Source: Squalus acanthias
Taxonomy: Eukaryota
Assembly (NCBI GenBank): GCA_030390025.1
Contig: CM059432.1
Location: 131,876,001-131,940,000, forward strand
Length of the DNA: 64,000 nucleotides
Reading direction: 5' to 3'
Notes under the pieces: generated by a model
The model's input: the letters and a program-made list of their open reading frames with translations, nothing else
What the model was told of the DNA's origin: nothing
Database searches by the model: none
In this document: positions 12,126-25,721 of the stretch, one piece after another
How the letters are laid out: every line of letters begins with the position of its first letter
Position numbering within the stretch: the first letter of the stretch is position 1
Position numbers and translations under genes: made by a program

Positions 12126-15100
12126 GGGCTTGATTTTAACAGCCCTGAGGAGGCGGGATTGGAGGCGGGTCAGCAGCTAAAATCGGAAAAAAATGGCTTC
12201 AGACGCCCAACCCGCCCCCACGCGATTTTCGTGAGTGTCTGTTCAGCTGCTCCCAAACTGACCCGACTCCAACCGGTGGGACAGGTCGTTAAGAGCCTGT
12301 TAACTGCCTTGATAATCCTATTTTTATACAGGTTTCCCATTTTCGTGCCTTTGGCTCCTGTTTCCCGTCTTGTCAGAAACAGTCCAGCTGCAAGGAGACG
12401 AGTTGGTGGAGGACATGATCTGTAGTCATTATTGGTGCAGAATTTTAAAAGCGCTCCTGTAACATCGCTGGCATTCAAATGCAACAACTTTGTTGTTGGA
12501 GGTTTGGGTTAAGATTTTGCAAATCTACTGACCTTGTGACTAGTCAAGTTGACACACATCTGCCGTTTCAGCTGATTGGAATAATTTCAGGCCACTTTGA
12601 ATGTGCGCTTGCAAGCTTCTTGCCTCAACTGAAATCTATAACAATGTGATGGGAACCATTTACATCCTCTCATCCTGGTCGTCAGATTTGGAGGAAGAGC
12701 AGCGCGGCTTAGTGCTGCCGGATGAACAAGTGGCTCAGCACACAGCCTCCTTGGAAGAAGATGAAGAGGACGAGGAGGAAGATGAGTAGGAGGATGGGGA
12801 GTGACGCCTTGCGGGGCCGGATGTGGCCAATCCAGCAGCAGGTGACCATATTGATGGCCGTCAGGCAAGGGATGCACTCATCCATGCCAGATTTACATGA
12901 GCTTACACTTCAAACACAGGTGGCTGGCAGATGGAGATGAAGATAAGGTCAAGATTCTTAACACACCATACATCATCTGTCCAATAAACGGTGCTTTCCT
13001 TTCACTGTCATCGCCATCATTATAAATGGAATTGGCCCTGAGCCCTCACTGCAACTTCCATTTGCCATAACACATAGACCAGAACCTCAACTGCTTGCCA
13101 TCACTTTTGTTTAATGACATCACAAAAGGAGGACACTCGATAATTTACAGCACAATAAAACACCCATGTGACTACCCTTGTGACTATTTGTGTGTTAACT
13201 TCCTCTTACGCGTGCTTCTACATGGTGCTTCCCCTGAGGCATCTTGCTCACTTTGATACTGCGCCGGCCTTGACGACTTTGGTGGGCATCCTCTGGGTTT
13301 GGGAGCCTGGGAGGGCTTCTCCACAGTCTGCTCTTCCTGCGGCTGTGCAGGGGCTGAGACGGCCATCTCAGTTTTGACCGAGGGCTCCACAGTGGCATGG
13401 TCGTGTGAGCGCTTGGAGAGGAGCCTACACTTCCTTGTTGCCTGCCACCTGTCATGGGTCAGCCACACTTCAGTGCTAGCAAGTGGCTAGAGAGCATTTG
13501 CTGCACATCAGGGGGACAATGAGGACCCGTCTCTCTACTGGCAGTCCTCATAACAAGGACGTCCATGAAGCTCTGGTGTCTCTCCTCAATAGATGCCCTT
13601 CTCTCCTCCATTGCAGACAATTTATTTTGAAGATTCACCATGTTTTCGTTAGTCTGGCGACTTATGTCCTCAATGGCGGTTGCCACCCTCTCCATTGCGG
13701 AACGTTCATGCGCCATTGCCTCCACAAAGGCAGTGCTCATGTTAGAGATGGACTCCTCCATTCTCTGCACACTCGCAGATACCCTGGATGCAAACCTTGC
13801 CAGAGACTCCTGCACTTGTTCCTGGAGTTCCAGCACCGCTCTCTTTCTGGATGGCCCCAGAGGCACAGAGTCTACATGCAGCTGAGCAGAGCTAGGAGGG
13901 TCCTGCAACCTCTGACGAGGACTCTCCACTGCTGTCCCTGTCTCCACCATCTGCTGATGCTCACTTGTGAGCTGTGATGAACCAGGTGACAACACTAATC
14001 TATGTCGCGAAGGCCCCACCGAGGTGTGTGTTGCTGCGCTGGTGCTGGGTGTGCTGAGTCCTGGTGACGCTGCTCCCTCTGAGGCTCCAGGTTCCTCTGA
14101 GGAGTCGTCCGGCTCTTCCTCTTGGACAGTGAGGAGGGCGGCTCTCGATGGTCCTATGAGAGAGTAAAGGCATGAGTTAGACATCAGATTTTCAGGTAGC
14201 AGACTCATCCTTTTGTGCAGATGATCAGAAGTCAATCTCTATGAGCATCATATACCATTGCATTCAATCATGAATTGTAAATGCGAGGGATGAAAATGCA
14301 TTCTGTCACCAGTTTCCTCAACTGCGCCCGTCTCTCCTTCTCCCACTTCCAGCTCCTCGCCACCTCCCATGATGTCATGAGCAGCCTCCTCAGCGTTTGT
14401 TAATGTGGCCGGGGATGGTGTGCTTTCTCCTGTCTTTGCTCTCTCCCTCTTATTGTGGGCTAGCTTTTCCTGCAAGGAGGGACACAAGTGGAGTTTCAGC
14501 GAGAGTGATGGAGTGAGTGTGAAGAATCCAAAACCTAGACGCTTAGAGGGAGACCAAGATGGAGTGAGGTGGCAAGAGGAAGCTGCCTCCCTGTGCGTTG
14601 TTAGTTGTTGTCATTGCATAACAGTGAGAGCGAGTGTGAGGGCTGTATAGTAGGATGGTGAAGTGATTCAGTACACAGAGAGAGATAGGAGAGGTAAGGG
14701 TGCAAGGGAAGTAAGGGTAAGATGGAATGTGGAGGAGCAGGCTGACAATGCAGAGTGCTGGTGATGAGAAGAGAAGGGAAGCAGTTTGAAGGTAAGTGTG
14801 ATGTGTTTCTCACTTTTGATGTTTGCAGAAGATCATTGAAGCGTTTTCAGCACTGGACCCAGGTGCATGTACAGAGCGTCCTTGCGCTTACCTCCTCAGC
14901 AATATCCAGCCAGGCTGCCTTTGTCTGCTGAGGCCATCGGGAGGGAACAGAATCTCCCTGCGTCCTCTTACTCCCTGCACAAGAGCTTGCAGGGAGTCCT
15001 CAGTGAATCGGGGAGCAGGAGCAGCCTTGGATTTTGCAGCACTCATGGTCACCTTGGCCCATTCAAGCTGCAGCAGTAACGAGAAATGAGAGGCTGAGGC

Positions 15101-15310
15101 TACATGGAGCCCTTAAAAACAAGTGCAGCAATGACCTCATCAGTGCAGACCAACAGACCCACTCCCAGTCAATGCAGCAGGCAGCGCGCACGATGGGATT
15201 AATTGGTCCAATTAAATCAAAAATGGGACATCGGGGGTGGCTGAAACCGGCAGCGGGTCCGAAACCAGGCAACCCGACTCCATCCCACCTCCTCCATTAA
15301 AATCGAAGCC
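12126..15310. mobile_element. Non-autonomous PIF/Harbinger transposon with Myb/SANT gene and deleted transposase
   Basis: TIR-like ends gggcttgattttaa / ttaaaatcgaagcc; the element interrupts a SINE. Contains a spliced Myb/SANT-like gene (-) and a probable transposase C-terminal remnant (+; acidic EEDEEDEEEDE then GRQARDALIHARFT*, ~12750-12900). Confidence 0.75.
13184..15046 (-). pseudogene. Harbinger-associated Myb/SANT-like DNA-binding protein gene (3 exons, degenerate)
   Basis: Exon 1, 15046-14814: MSAAKSKAAPAPRFTEDSLQALVQGVRGRREILF..AWLDIAEEV..TWVQC*KRFNDL, with a stop and frameshift. Exon 2, 14469-14310: EKLAHNKRERAKTG. Exon 3 starts at 14153: GPSRAALL, coiled-coil. GT/AG sites present and the exon 2/3 phase is consistent. 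A frameshifted basic tail (RSTRKRK) ends at 13184. Confidence 0.72.
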
Positions 15311-15485
15311 GGGGCCTCAGTTAAGCATCTCATCCGAAAGACGGCACCTCCGACAGCGCAGCACTCCCTCAGTACTGCAGTGGAATGTCCGCCTAGATTT
15401 TGTGCTCAAGTCTCTAGAGTGGAACTTGAACCAACGACCTTCTAACTCTGAGGCAAGCATGCCACCACTGAGCCACGGCTGACAC
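15311..15485 (-). mobile_element. tRNA-derived SINE, 5' head (other half of 11820-12115)
   Basis: Minus strand reads tggctcagtggt (A box) ... ggttcaagttcc (B box). The junction ggggcctcagttaagcatctcatccgaaagacgg matches the intact copy at ~47783-47815. Confidence 0.75.
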
Positions 15486-16490
15486 CACACTCTTCCACAA
15501 TAAGTGTGCAATTTCACTTTTACATAACTACCGGTTTTAAAGTGGATGTTTCCCACTTGCTCATAACTGCCATTGACTGTTCTTTGGTGTCGGTTTACAA
15601 TTTTTAATGGGTATAACATCAGATTATATGGTGCAGGTAGCTGAACTATGTTGGGAACTGTTTAATACAACTAAGGAAGGGTTGTTTTAATGAGGAGAAA
15701 TAATATACTTTTGCTAATGATCAGAACTTTTTGCTTTGCCTTAACGGACATCCTGAACCCTCCCGAGGGAAAATAAAACACTGATTTAAAACACACAACT
15801 TGGAGCCTGAAAGGATGATATTCAAAAATGTTTTGTCTTATGGGCTATAGCTAAAGATTACAGAAAGGAAGCATCTGAAAATGTAATCACTGTTAATTTG
15901 CTCATTTCCACTGGGGTTAAACCATAGCTTTTACCGTAATCTGGGCTGGATATATCTATAAACTGGTATTTTGCCTTCATTTTCAATTCCACTTGGTTAC
16001 TAAAGGTGCCGGAGGACATTTTGGACTTTCACCTGAAATAGGTGTGAAGTTGGCAGAGCGACTACGCTGTCCTCCTGAAGCCGGCATCCGGACCCGCAAA
16101 ACCTTTTCAGGTTCGGCCCTCCTTCATTCGAACGTGAGCTGCGGGCCCCGAATGGACATTCAGCTGCACCACACCGCTCATGAGCGGGCCGGAAATCAGC
16201 TAGCTCCTACACCGAGTGGGTCAGCAGGTTGGGGCCACTGGATGGGGGCAGCCTATCCCGGAGCGGGTGGAACATTCCTTTTCCTCCTGGCCACGTAAAA
16301 ATCCTCCCCTAAACAAATTGTAACAGTTGGGCCTTGGCCATCTATGGGACGTCAGCGCTGCCCCCAACCCCGAGTTTCAGCTCCCTGCTTCCCACTTTTC
16401 ACGCGAGAAATGGGTCGCTGTCAGTTGAAACTTGCCCTCATCCTATCTTGTACAACTCATTTATGTTTTTCTTGATATGTTTATAGATTT

Positions 16491-17582
16491 GGGCCGAGAA
16501 ATTGGGCTACAAACCGCCACCGGAATCCTGAACAAAAATGGCTGCTGCTGCCGCTCCAACGTCCCCCTCTGGCGCGAGACTCGGCGACCGCCATTTTGAT
16601 GAGGGCCATAGCGCTGCCGACAGCAGCGCTGGGCATGGACATGCAAATATGGAGCTTGTGAAGTCAGTCGGCGAGCAACGCCGACTTAACGCCACGCTCT
16701 GCGAACTTGGACCCTTGGCGCTGAGTTCAGTGCTGGATCCTAAGCTTGCTCTGAAAAGCGAGCGTGCAGCAGACTGCCAGAGATGCTGTCAGCACATCTT
16801 AAAGGGTTACACACATCTTTCAGGTAAGTTTGCATTTAAGCTTTTGGACTGGATTTTTTATATTTTATTGAAGTAGTGGCTTGGTGCAATAGATGTTAAA
16901 AGTTTTCAAAGTGTGCAGGGAGTGCTGCTGTACGCTTGCAAGGCCTTGAATGGTAAAGGATTGACTCTGAGAAGACAGAAAATGCTGGAAATACTGAGCA
17001 AGTCAGGCAGCATCCGTGGAGAGAGAAACAGAGTTCATGTCCCAAGTCGAGATGCTGCCTGACCTGCTGAGTATTTCCAGCATTTTCTGCTTTTATTTCA
17101 GAATTCTAGCATCCGCTCGCAGAGGGAAGAGGAAGACACAGAAGAAGAGGAAGCAGAAAGAAGGATGCAACCCAGACAGCCCCTTTCCGGCCGGGATATC
17201 CGGGATGGAATCATCCGCCTGCTGTTATGTTAATTTTTTTTTCAGAAGGCAATTGAGCTCTAAGTGCTAAAAACTGCCTATTTTTAAATGATTTTAATTT
17301 TTTTTCATTTTAGAAGGCAGTTCCCCTTTAAGGGACCACACTGCTTTCTAAAATGACAGCCTTGCTTTCAGAGCAGGTTGTTCTTGCTGCAATGACGCTA
17401 CGGCCACGCTACATTGGGCCTCCTGCTGAGACCACCACCATGAAAATCGACCTTGCACAGTGAGTTTAGCGCTGCGCTAATGTTAATTACCAAGCAGCAC
17501 CAACATACTGCCAGCGCTATAAATTTTGGTGGCTGTTAACTGCGGTGGGCTGCAGTTTTCAGCGGTTTTAAATTTCTAGGCC
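16491..17582. mobile_element. Harbinger-like non-autonomous element/MITE
   Basis: Ends gggccgagaaatt / aatttctaggcc, GC-rich subterminal regions. Confidence 0.45.
16974..17101. repeat. Short inverted repeat, Penelope-type terminal fragment
   Basis: cagaaaatgctggaaatactgagcaagtcaggcagcatc ... gatgctgcctgacctgctgagtatttccagcattttctg. Same sequence as the outer arms of the 32317-32922 palindrome. Confidence 0.75.
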
Positions 17583-18609
17583 AGGGATTTTGTAATTCTA
17601 ATCAAATCGGCATTTTGAAGATTCATCAGCAGGACCAGGCTTGCTTCCATAGGAGTAATTTTGCAAAATTGTGCTCCAGGCAGGTAGTCTTAGCTACTGG
17701 GAGCACATTTCAGGGGAGCGATTTTTAACCCTGCCCGCCCAGCGGAAACTGGGCAGGTGGGCAGTTGAAATTGCCCAGATTATGTGCCTGTGCTGGAGCC
17801 ACCGGGAGCTAACCATTTCGGATTTTAACCTGTGCAACTGAGCAGGCGGCAGGAATATCCACCCAAAGCCAGCAAGTCCCTTCTTTACATCTGCATGGCG
17901 GATCCTGATGACTTCATCGGGACTCGACTGCAATTTTAATTGGACGGCCTGAGCTGCAAGCTGCTGTGGCATTCCCGCCAGGTGAAGACGTTGGGGAAGA
18001 GGAGCCAGTGGAAGCATTCACTCACTGTTTTAGTACTCTTTGGCTGAACATTTCTTCCTCTTTTTATCTTCTCTCCTTTTTTCTTTTATGTTCTCTTTCT
18101 TTCCCCCACCCTACTTTTCGTCCCCAGACCCCATACCTTTGTCGGTGCCCCCACCTTCAGCTTTGGAATTCATCACTGTTCCTGCACCTTCTCAGTCCCA
18201 GCAAGAGAAATCGTGGGAACACTATTAAGCGATAGGACGATCCTTAGTGCAAGTGAAAAGTACACGGGAGTTGTAGCTTTGATAGAGTATATTCCATTTT
18301 GTTTTGTGCATAGCTTATTTGGTGATGCATTATTTTTCTTGGGCTAAAAAAGCAGCGTATAACATCCTATTGTGACATGTGCTGTGAACCTATTATTCCG
18401 CAGTCAGCTTTGGATCCTGTTTGTAAACCTTTATAATGGCTAATACTTTGAGAGTGGGATGTTCCTGGTAAATATTGATGTAGTGCCATTGCCTTTGGTC
18501 TGATTGATTCCGAATGGATAAATGTGATATTTAACTAACAGTTGTAAAAATAAAAACTTGAAAATTAAGCTATTATTACATGAACACTTAAAAACTAAAA
18601 TAAGTTAGT

Positions 18610-20190
18610 TAGTGGATAAGTCGCCTGGTCCAGATGGCTTGCATCCCAGGTTGCTAAGGGAATTGGGGGAGGAGATAGCAGAAGGGCTTGCCATAGTTTT
18701 CCAGTCTTCCCTAGATGCGGGGAAGGTGCCTGAGGATTGGAAAGTGGCAAATGTGACACCATTGTTCAAGAAAGGGTGTAAGGACAATCCTAGTAACTAC
18801 AGGCCGGTCAGTTTAACATCAGTGGTGGGTAAAGTTTTAGAAACAATAATCAAGGAAAAAATTAACGGGCACTTGGAGAGGTTTTAGCTAATTAAGGAGA
18901 GCCAACACAGATTTGTAAAAGGCAGATAGTGTTTGACTAAACTCATTGAATTTTTTGATGAAGTAACTGGGATGATTGATGAAGGGAATGCAATGGATGT
19001 TGTCGACATGGATTTTAGGAAGGTGTTTGACAAAGTACCACATAGAAGGCTGGTTAACAAAATTGAGGCTCATGAAATAGGTGGGTCCGTGGCAGCTTGG
19101 ATAAGGAATTGGCTTAAGGACAGAAAACAGCGAGTTGTGGTAAATGGCTGCTTTTCAGACTGGAGGATGGTAGACAGTGGTGTTCCCCAAGGGTCAGTGC
19201 TGGGGCCAATGCTTTTTTTGATACATATAAATGACCTGGATATTGGAATACAGAGTAGAATTTCTAAATTTGCCGATGACACCAAACTTGGGGGTGTGGT
19301 AAACAGTGAGGATGATACCAATCTACTGCAACGGGACATAGAAAGACTAGCAGAATGGGCAAACAAGTGGCAGATGGAATTTAATACAGAGAAGTGTGAG
19401 GTGATGCATTTTGGCAGAAGGAACAGGGAGAGGCAATATACACTTAATGGCACAGTTTTAAAGAGTGTGCAGGGACAGAGGGACCTGGGAGTTAATGTGC
19501 ATAGGTCCCTGAAGGTGGCGGGACATATTGAGAGAGTGGTTAACAAAGCATATGGGATCTTGGGCTTCATAAATAGAGGTATTGAGTACAAAAGTAGAGA
19601 AGTTATGCTGAACCTTTATAAAGCGCTGGTTAGGCCACAACTGGAGTATTGCGTCCAGTTCTGGTCACCACACTTTAGGAAGGATGTGAAGGCACTTGAG
19701 AGGGTGCAGAGGAGATTTACCAGAATGGTTCTGGGGATGGGGGATCTTAGCTACAAGGACAGGTTGGAGAAGCTGGATTTGTTTTCATTAGAGCAAAGGA
19801 GGTTGAGGGGTGATTTGATAGAGGTGTACAAGATTATGATGGGTTTGGATAGGCTAGACGGGGAAAGGCTGTTCCCACTAGTTGATGGTACAAGGACTAG
19901 GGGACACAGATTTAAGGTTTTGGGCAAGAGATACAGGGGGGGATGTGAGGGAAAACTTTTTTACGCAGCGAGTGGTTAGGACCTGGAATTCCCTGTTGAT
20001 GGAAGTGGTGGAAGCGGAGACACTCAATGTTTTTAAGGGGAGACTGGATAGGCACTTGAGGGAAATAAACTTGCAGGGCTAGGGGAATAGAGCGGGGGAA
20101 TGAGACTGACTGGATTGCTCTACAGAGAGCCTGGCACGGACTCGATGGGCTGAATGGCCTCCTTCTGTGCCGTTATGGCTCTATGACTCT
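18610..20190 (+). mobile_element. CR1 LINE, 5'-truncated (different subfamily)
   Basis: ORFs 18612-18887 (KSPGPDGLHPR, NYRPVSLTS) and 18933-19979 (GVPQGS, KFADD). Tail ctctatgactcta differs from the other CR1 copies. Confidence 0.92.
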
Positions 20191-22305
20191 AGTTAGTGCA
20201 TCTGCTAAATTAGAGAATGGAGGAATTCTAATATGAATGCATTCATATGATATTGTACTGTAGAAGTGATTCTGAGATCCCACAGTCCCAGCAGGAAAGC
20301 TACGTTCACAGAGAGATAGGACTACAATATTGTAGCTGAGTCTTATACCCATGCTTCTTATAAGGACGCCTCCCTGTTGGAAGTGTGGGATCGCGGAATC
20401 ACCCGACTGTGATTTCCAGGCTACAAACTTTAAAACTTTTTTTAGTTATCTGGATGTCTTATGCATAAATTGTTTTGATTTCCCTGTAGAAAAGTTAAAT
20501 TTCGAGCTGCGCTCTGTTCCCAGAGGTTGGATTCTTCCACTGGGCAAGGTGCCTGGAATTTCCATGGGGGATCTCCCGCCATAACTTTGGCAGGAGATTG
20601 GCAGAAAGCCAGAGAAATGGCATAAGGAACTCTTAATGCCATTCCTCCCACGTCTCCCAAACACCAGGCCCCATTTGCAGTGCTCCCAGAACACCCCTCT
20701 TACTCTTCCCCCCGCCCGCCCGCCCGCCCGCCCGCCCCCCCCTCCCCAGACCCTTGCACCCCTAGGACTTCCATACCAATGCCCCCAAACCCCAGCCTCC
20801 CCAGTTAAGTTCTTTGGAATATTTATGCAAATAATTGCTAGTACATATATTGAAAACATTGCATTCAGCATGCATATGTATGTCACTGTTTAGCGGTTAA
20901 CCACCAGATGCCACACTTTGTTAAAGATACAAAACAATCTTTAAAAAAGAAGAAAGCTCGTCATTGATCTGCAGCCTGAAGGTATGAGGTTCCCTGACTA
21001 AACAACAATTAAATGCTGATTTGAACCTGTATTTAATTATCAACAATTAAGTTTTGTATTCTTAAAGGGAGAGAGTTCCACCTTAGCTGCAGAACAATGC
21101 ATTGTTCATTGCATAGTATAAGACGCCAGTGTTATTATAGTATCCAATTTGAGCAATGCCATGGGGGATCTGCTAGTATGTATAAATTCATGAAACAAGA
21201 AAAGGGAATTCATGATTTTAATGACAAACAGGATCAGAATCAGAGGGTGGGATTGAAATAATCAGCCGACTTGGCTCCTAATTATAACGCTAAACATTGC
21301 CAAATAGAGATTGTTTAGATTAAATGAAAGCCACCTTTTATAGTCGATTTAATTTATTTCAAATGCTCTGAATGCAGAATTCCTGTCGGTGTATAGGTTG
21401 GCAGCCTCAGAAATAAATTTGTAAGAGCCTGAATGAAGTTAAGTCCCATTAAAACTCGGGGAGCAGGATGTAGGTGAGCTAGTTTTGGCAATATTTTTCA
21501 ATGACTACAGGTTTTATTTCCTGCTCTTGTTGGTAACATTGCCTTGCAGTGTGAAAATGGGAAGATTTAGTGGAGCTGCATTTTGGCTGCTAGCTTAAGC
21601 ATGAGGCATAATCTGAATTTATTAAAAGTATTCACCATAGCACATGATTAAAATCAGGAGGCAGCAAAGTAAATTGGTTTCTATGTTGCCTTTTCATCAA
21701 CTTTCACTCAGCACCTAAAGATTCCACTGTAATCTAAGCTGCCGTTTCTGTCTACATTCGGACTGACAGGCGTGTGATGCATTTAACATGTGTTGCTGCT
21801 GCTTGTTTCTGTTCATTGGTGTTGTGCTACTTTAATGATCTGCCTACCCATTTTATCATTGCAAAATTTCCATGTTCAAGAATGATGAAATTAATGCAAT
21901 ACTCATATCATCAAATGAATCCCAGTCCCCCGCTGATAAACTTCCTGTCAGATGATGAAGTGGTAAGATGCTCACTGAAGACTCCCATTTCTCTTAGATT
22001 TGTGTCTCCAGTTAAAAGTTAGAAATGAAGTCACGGATTTCTTTACGGGAACTCAGAAAAGACTTAACGCCAGGGGAAAATAGTTTAAGAAGCTGCCACG
22101 GCTATTTCCCATTGCAGTAAACTGACTGTACATTGTACAATGCTCCACTGACAGTATATTGTCTTAATACCTGAAAATAGATGCCTCTGGTGTCGGTAGT
22201 TCTGGCCCCACAGACAAGCATAGGCTGCATGCAAAACCTTCCTTTTAAAAAAAAAACTCCTTCCGCTCAATAATATTGAAAGGATCATCTAAAGAAATGG
22301 CCTAA

Positions 22306-23730
22306 TGAAACATAGAAACATAGAAGATAGGAGCAGGAGTAGGCCATTCGGCCCCTCGAGCCTGTTCCGCCATTTAATGAGATCATGGCTGATCATCCAA
22401 ATTCAGTACCCTTGTCCCTGCTTTCTCCCCATATCCCTTGATCCCTTTAGCCTTAAGAAATATATCTAACTCCTTCTTGAATATATTTCATGAATTGGCC
22501 TCAACTGCCTTCTGTGGTAGAGAATTCCACAGGTTCACCACTCTCTGGGTGAAGGAATTCCTCCTCATCTCAGTCCCAAATGGCTTACCCCTTATCCTGA
22601 GACTGTGACCCCTGGTTCTGGATTCCCCCGCCATCGGGAACATCCTTCCTGCATCTAGTCTGTCTAGTCCTGTTAGAATTTTATAAGTTTCAATGAGATC
22701 CCCTCTCATTCTTCTAAACTCCAGCGAATATAAGCCTAATCGACCCAATCTCTCCTCATACGTCATTCCTGCCATCCCAGGTATCAGTCTGGTGAATCTT
22801 CGCTGCACTCTCTCCATGGCAGAACATCCTTCCTCAGATAAGGTGACCAAAACTGCACACAATACTCAAGGTGTGGTCTCACCAAGGCCCTGTACAACTG
22901 CAGCAAGACATCCTTGCTCCTGTACTCGAATCCTCTCGCTATGAAGGCCAACATACCATTTGTCTTCTTAACCGCCTGCTGCACCTGCATGCTTACCTTC
23001 AGCGACTGGTGCACAAGGACACCCAGGTCTCGTTGCACTTCCCTTTTTCCCAATCTATTGCCATGCAGATAATAATCTGTCTTCCTGTTTTTGCCACCGA
23101 AATGGATAACCTCGCATTTATCCACATTATACTGCATTTGCCATGCATCTGCCCAATCACCCAACCTGTCCAAATCATACTGGAGTTTCTCTGCATCCTC
23201 CTCACAGCACACACGCCCACCCAGCTTTGTGTCGTCTGCAAACTTGGAGATATTACATCTAGTTCCCTCGTCTAGATCATCTACATATATTGTGAATAGC
23301 TGGGGTCCTAGCACCGATCCCTGCAGTACCCCACTAGTCATTGCCTGCCACTTGGAAAAAGACCCGTTTATTCCAACTCTTTGCTTCCTGTCTGCCAACC
23401 AGTTCTCTCTCCAAGACAGTACCTTACCCCCAATCCTGTGTGCTTTAACTTTGCACGCTAATCTCTTATGCGGGACCTTATCGAAAGCCTTCTGAAAGTG
23501 CAAATACACCACATCCACTGGTTCTCCCTTATCTATTCTACCAGTTACATCCTCAGAAAAATTCCAATAGATTTACCTTTTGTAAATCCATGTTGACTTT
23601 GTCCGATCCTGTCACTGTTTTCCAAGTGCTCTGCTATTACGTCTTTTATAATGGACTCTAGCATTTTCCCCACTACCGATGTCAGACTTACCGGTCTATA
23701 ATTCCCCGTTTTCTCTCTACCACCTTTTTT
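22306..23730 (-). mobile_element. CR1 LINE, 5'-truncated
   Basis: ORFs 22784-23518 and 22488-22862 encode the CR1 RT and C-terminus. 3' tail (gaaacata)n at 22306. Confidence 0.92.
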
Positions 23731-24656
23731 AAGGGAGGAGGATGCACTTTTTAATCAATTTTAACAGTATGGTGATACTCCTGCAATCACTGAAAATCAG
23801 ACATGGGTCAGTTAATATCTTTACCCCAAATGTTGTGCCACTAAAAGTTGCGGTAAACTTTTGCCAGTTGTGGGTACCAGTGTAAAACTGATTTTGCATG
23901 GTAGTCACTATTACCACCAGATGAATCCATCAGAATATCTGTTCCACTGCAGAATCCAACTGAATGCGAGTTATAGTCAGATTTCAGGAATTGGAGAAAA
24001 CTGACTTACAAGTGGAGCAGGCGTTATATCTTTGAACGTGGGCACTGCAATTGTGCGAAAATTGCACCATTCGGGGCAGGACCCAGTTATGCTGGGTCTC
24101 TTCCCGTTTGTTTGTCTGATCTAAACTCTACCAGCAATGTGGGCAGATGCTTCTTGTGCCTGGCCCCCCGAGTGTATGAACATTACAGAAAAAAGTGGGA
24201 CTGGCAGAATGATGTTATCCATCAAATTCCTGCCAGTTCTGCCTCCCTAGCTGGCAACACAGCGTATGCCTGCGTCAAACAGGACCTCTGACAAAGGCAT
24301 ACTAGCACTACAGGGTCTCATCGTAGTAGAAGTGGGTCTTATTTTTCTTTTAAAGGCCGGTTTCCCATAGCAATTGATCGCAGAGCAATCAATTATTTTG
24401 GGGGGGAAATGGCATATTTAAATTAGTTCAAAGACATTCAATCAACACAGAGCCCCCACCTCCATCCCACCTTATCTCCTTACCACTCCAGAGGGGGTTC
24501 ATAGGGCTGTAGTATAACATGTTAATTGGGAACTACTGCAGTTTGTAATATAGAGTGCTGTGTATATAAAGTCAAAATTTCAGTTTGGATAAGAATAAAC
24601 ATTTAACTTAATACTGCTTCATCAGTGAAATGTTGTATTAATGGAATATTTATAAT

Positions 24657-25453
24657 GGGGGGATTTTAACCCCCAGAAATGGGTGGGTTGGAGTCGGGTG
24701 GGAGGTTACAGTGTTAAAAACCTGAATCCCAACCCCAACCTGCCTACTTGCGGTTTTAATGGGCGGGCAGCCAACCTGCTTGCAGAGGTGGGTTGGTACT
24801 TTAAATATTATAATGAGGCTGAAGCTCCATTTTAAATTTAACTGTGGGCGGTCGAATTTCCCGGGCCTCGGGGAGCCCGACCGCTAAAAGAAGGCGAGGA
24901 CTGCTGAATCCAGGAGGTAAGTGCCTTTCCACTTACCTGCCGGATCCAGTTTCTCAGCCTCGCCAATCCCCCGCAATCAGACACGGGGCCCCAGTCCCCC
25001 CCCCGCCCCCCCATCCAACTGCCAAGGCCTCCGCTCACCCCCGGCCTCCAATCTCCCCACTGAGGCTGATCTCCGGTCGCCCCCCCCCCCACCCCGATCT
25101 CCACCCCCCGACCCCCCATCTGTCCTTCCAATCCTCCCCCCCCCCGATCCTGGCCTTCCGACCCCCCCTCCCCTCCCGATGATCGCTGGCCCCCGACCCC
25201 CTCCGTCGATCCTGGCCCCGAACCCGTCAGATGATCCTGGCCTTCTTCCTCTCTGCTCCCCAGGCCTACCCGCCCGACAGCCAGCCAGCCTCTCAATCTG
25301 GGTGGCTGAGGGCGGGAAACAGATAAAAACATTTAAATCAGGCCCTGCCATTAAATTCGGCAGGGCCTGAGGGAAACCTGTTCTTCCTGGGTTTCCCGTC
25401 CGCATTCCAGCCTCACCCTGCTCCCTACATGCCTTCAAGTAAAAATTCCGCCC
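24657..25453. mobile_element. Harbinger-like MITE
   Basis: Ends ggggggattttaac / gtaaaaattccgccc, flanked by AAT on both sides (3-bp TSD). Internal C-rich tract. Confidence 0.65.
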
Positions 25454-25721
25454 AATGTATCCCACTCATCACATCAATATAACAATAACATGTATAAAAA
25501 TCATGGCCTCTTAAGTTTCCTGTGAATCATAAATTTGAGTTAATGTCAACAGGGACATTTGTGAAAGTGTTGGGGTTTACAAGCTCTAAGTGAAATTTAA
25601 TGACACTGGATGAGTAAAGAGACTTACAGGCAACTATCAATAGTTGGTGGTTCATAAATCAGAATGGTTTGGACGAAAAACACACTTTCACTAAGTTAAC
25701 AATATTCAATGCTATTACCAT

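Noticed and set aside
19070..19591. Long ORFs antisense to CR1 ORF2 (also 23091-23495)
   Set aside because: Shadow frames of the RT coding sequence.
20709..20746. (GCCC)n tract with G-quadruplex potential on the minus strand
   Set aside because: Simple repeat; no evidence of function.
24838..25465. Overlapping Pro/Gly-rich ORFs (up to 164 aa)
   Set aside because: They arise from a C-rich low-complexity tract inside a MITE; no Gly-X-Y periodicity or splice signals.
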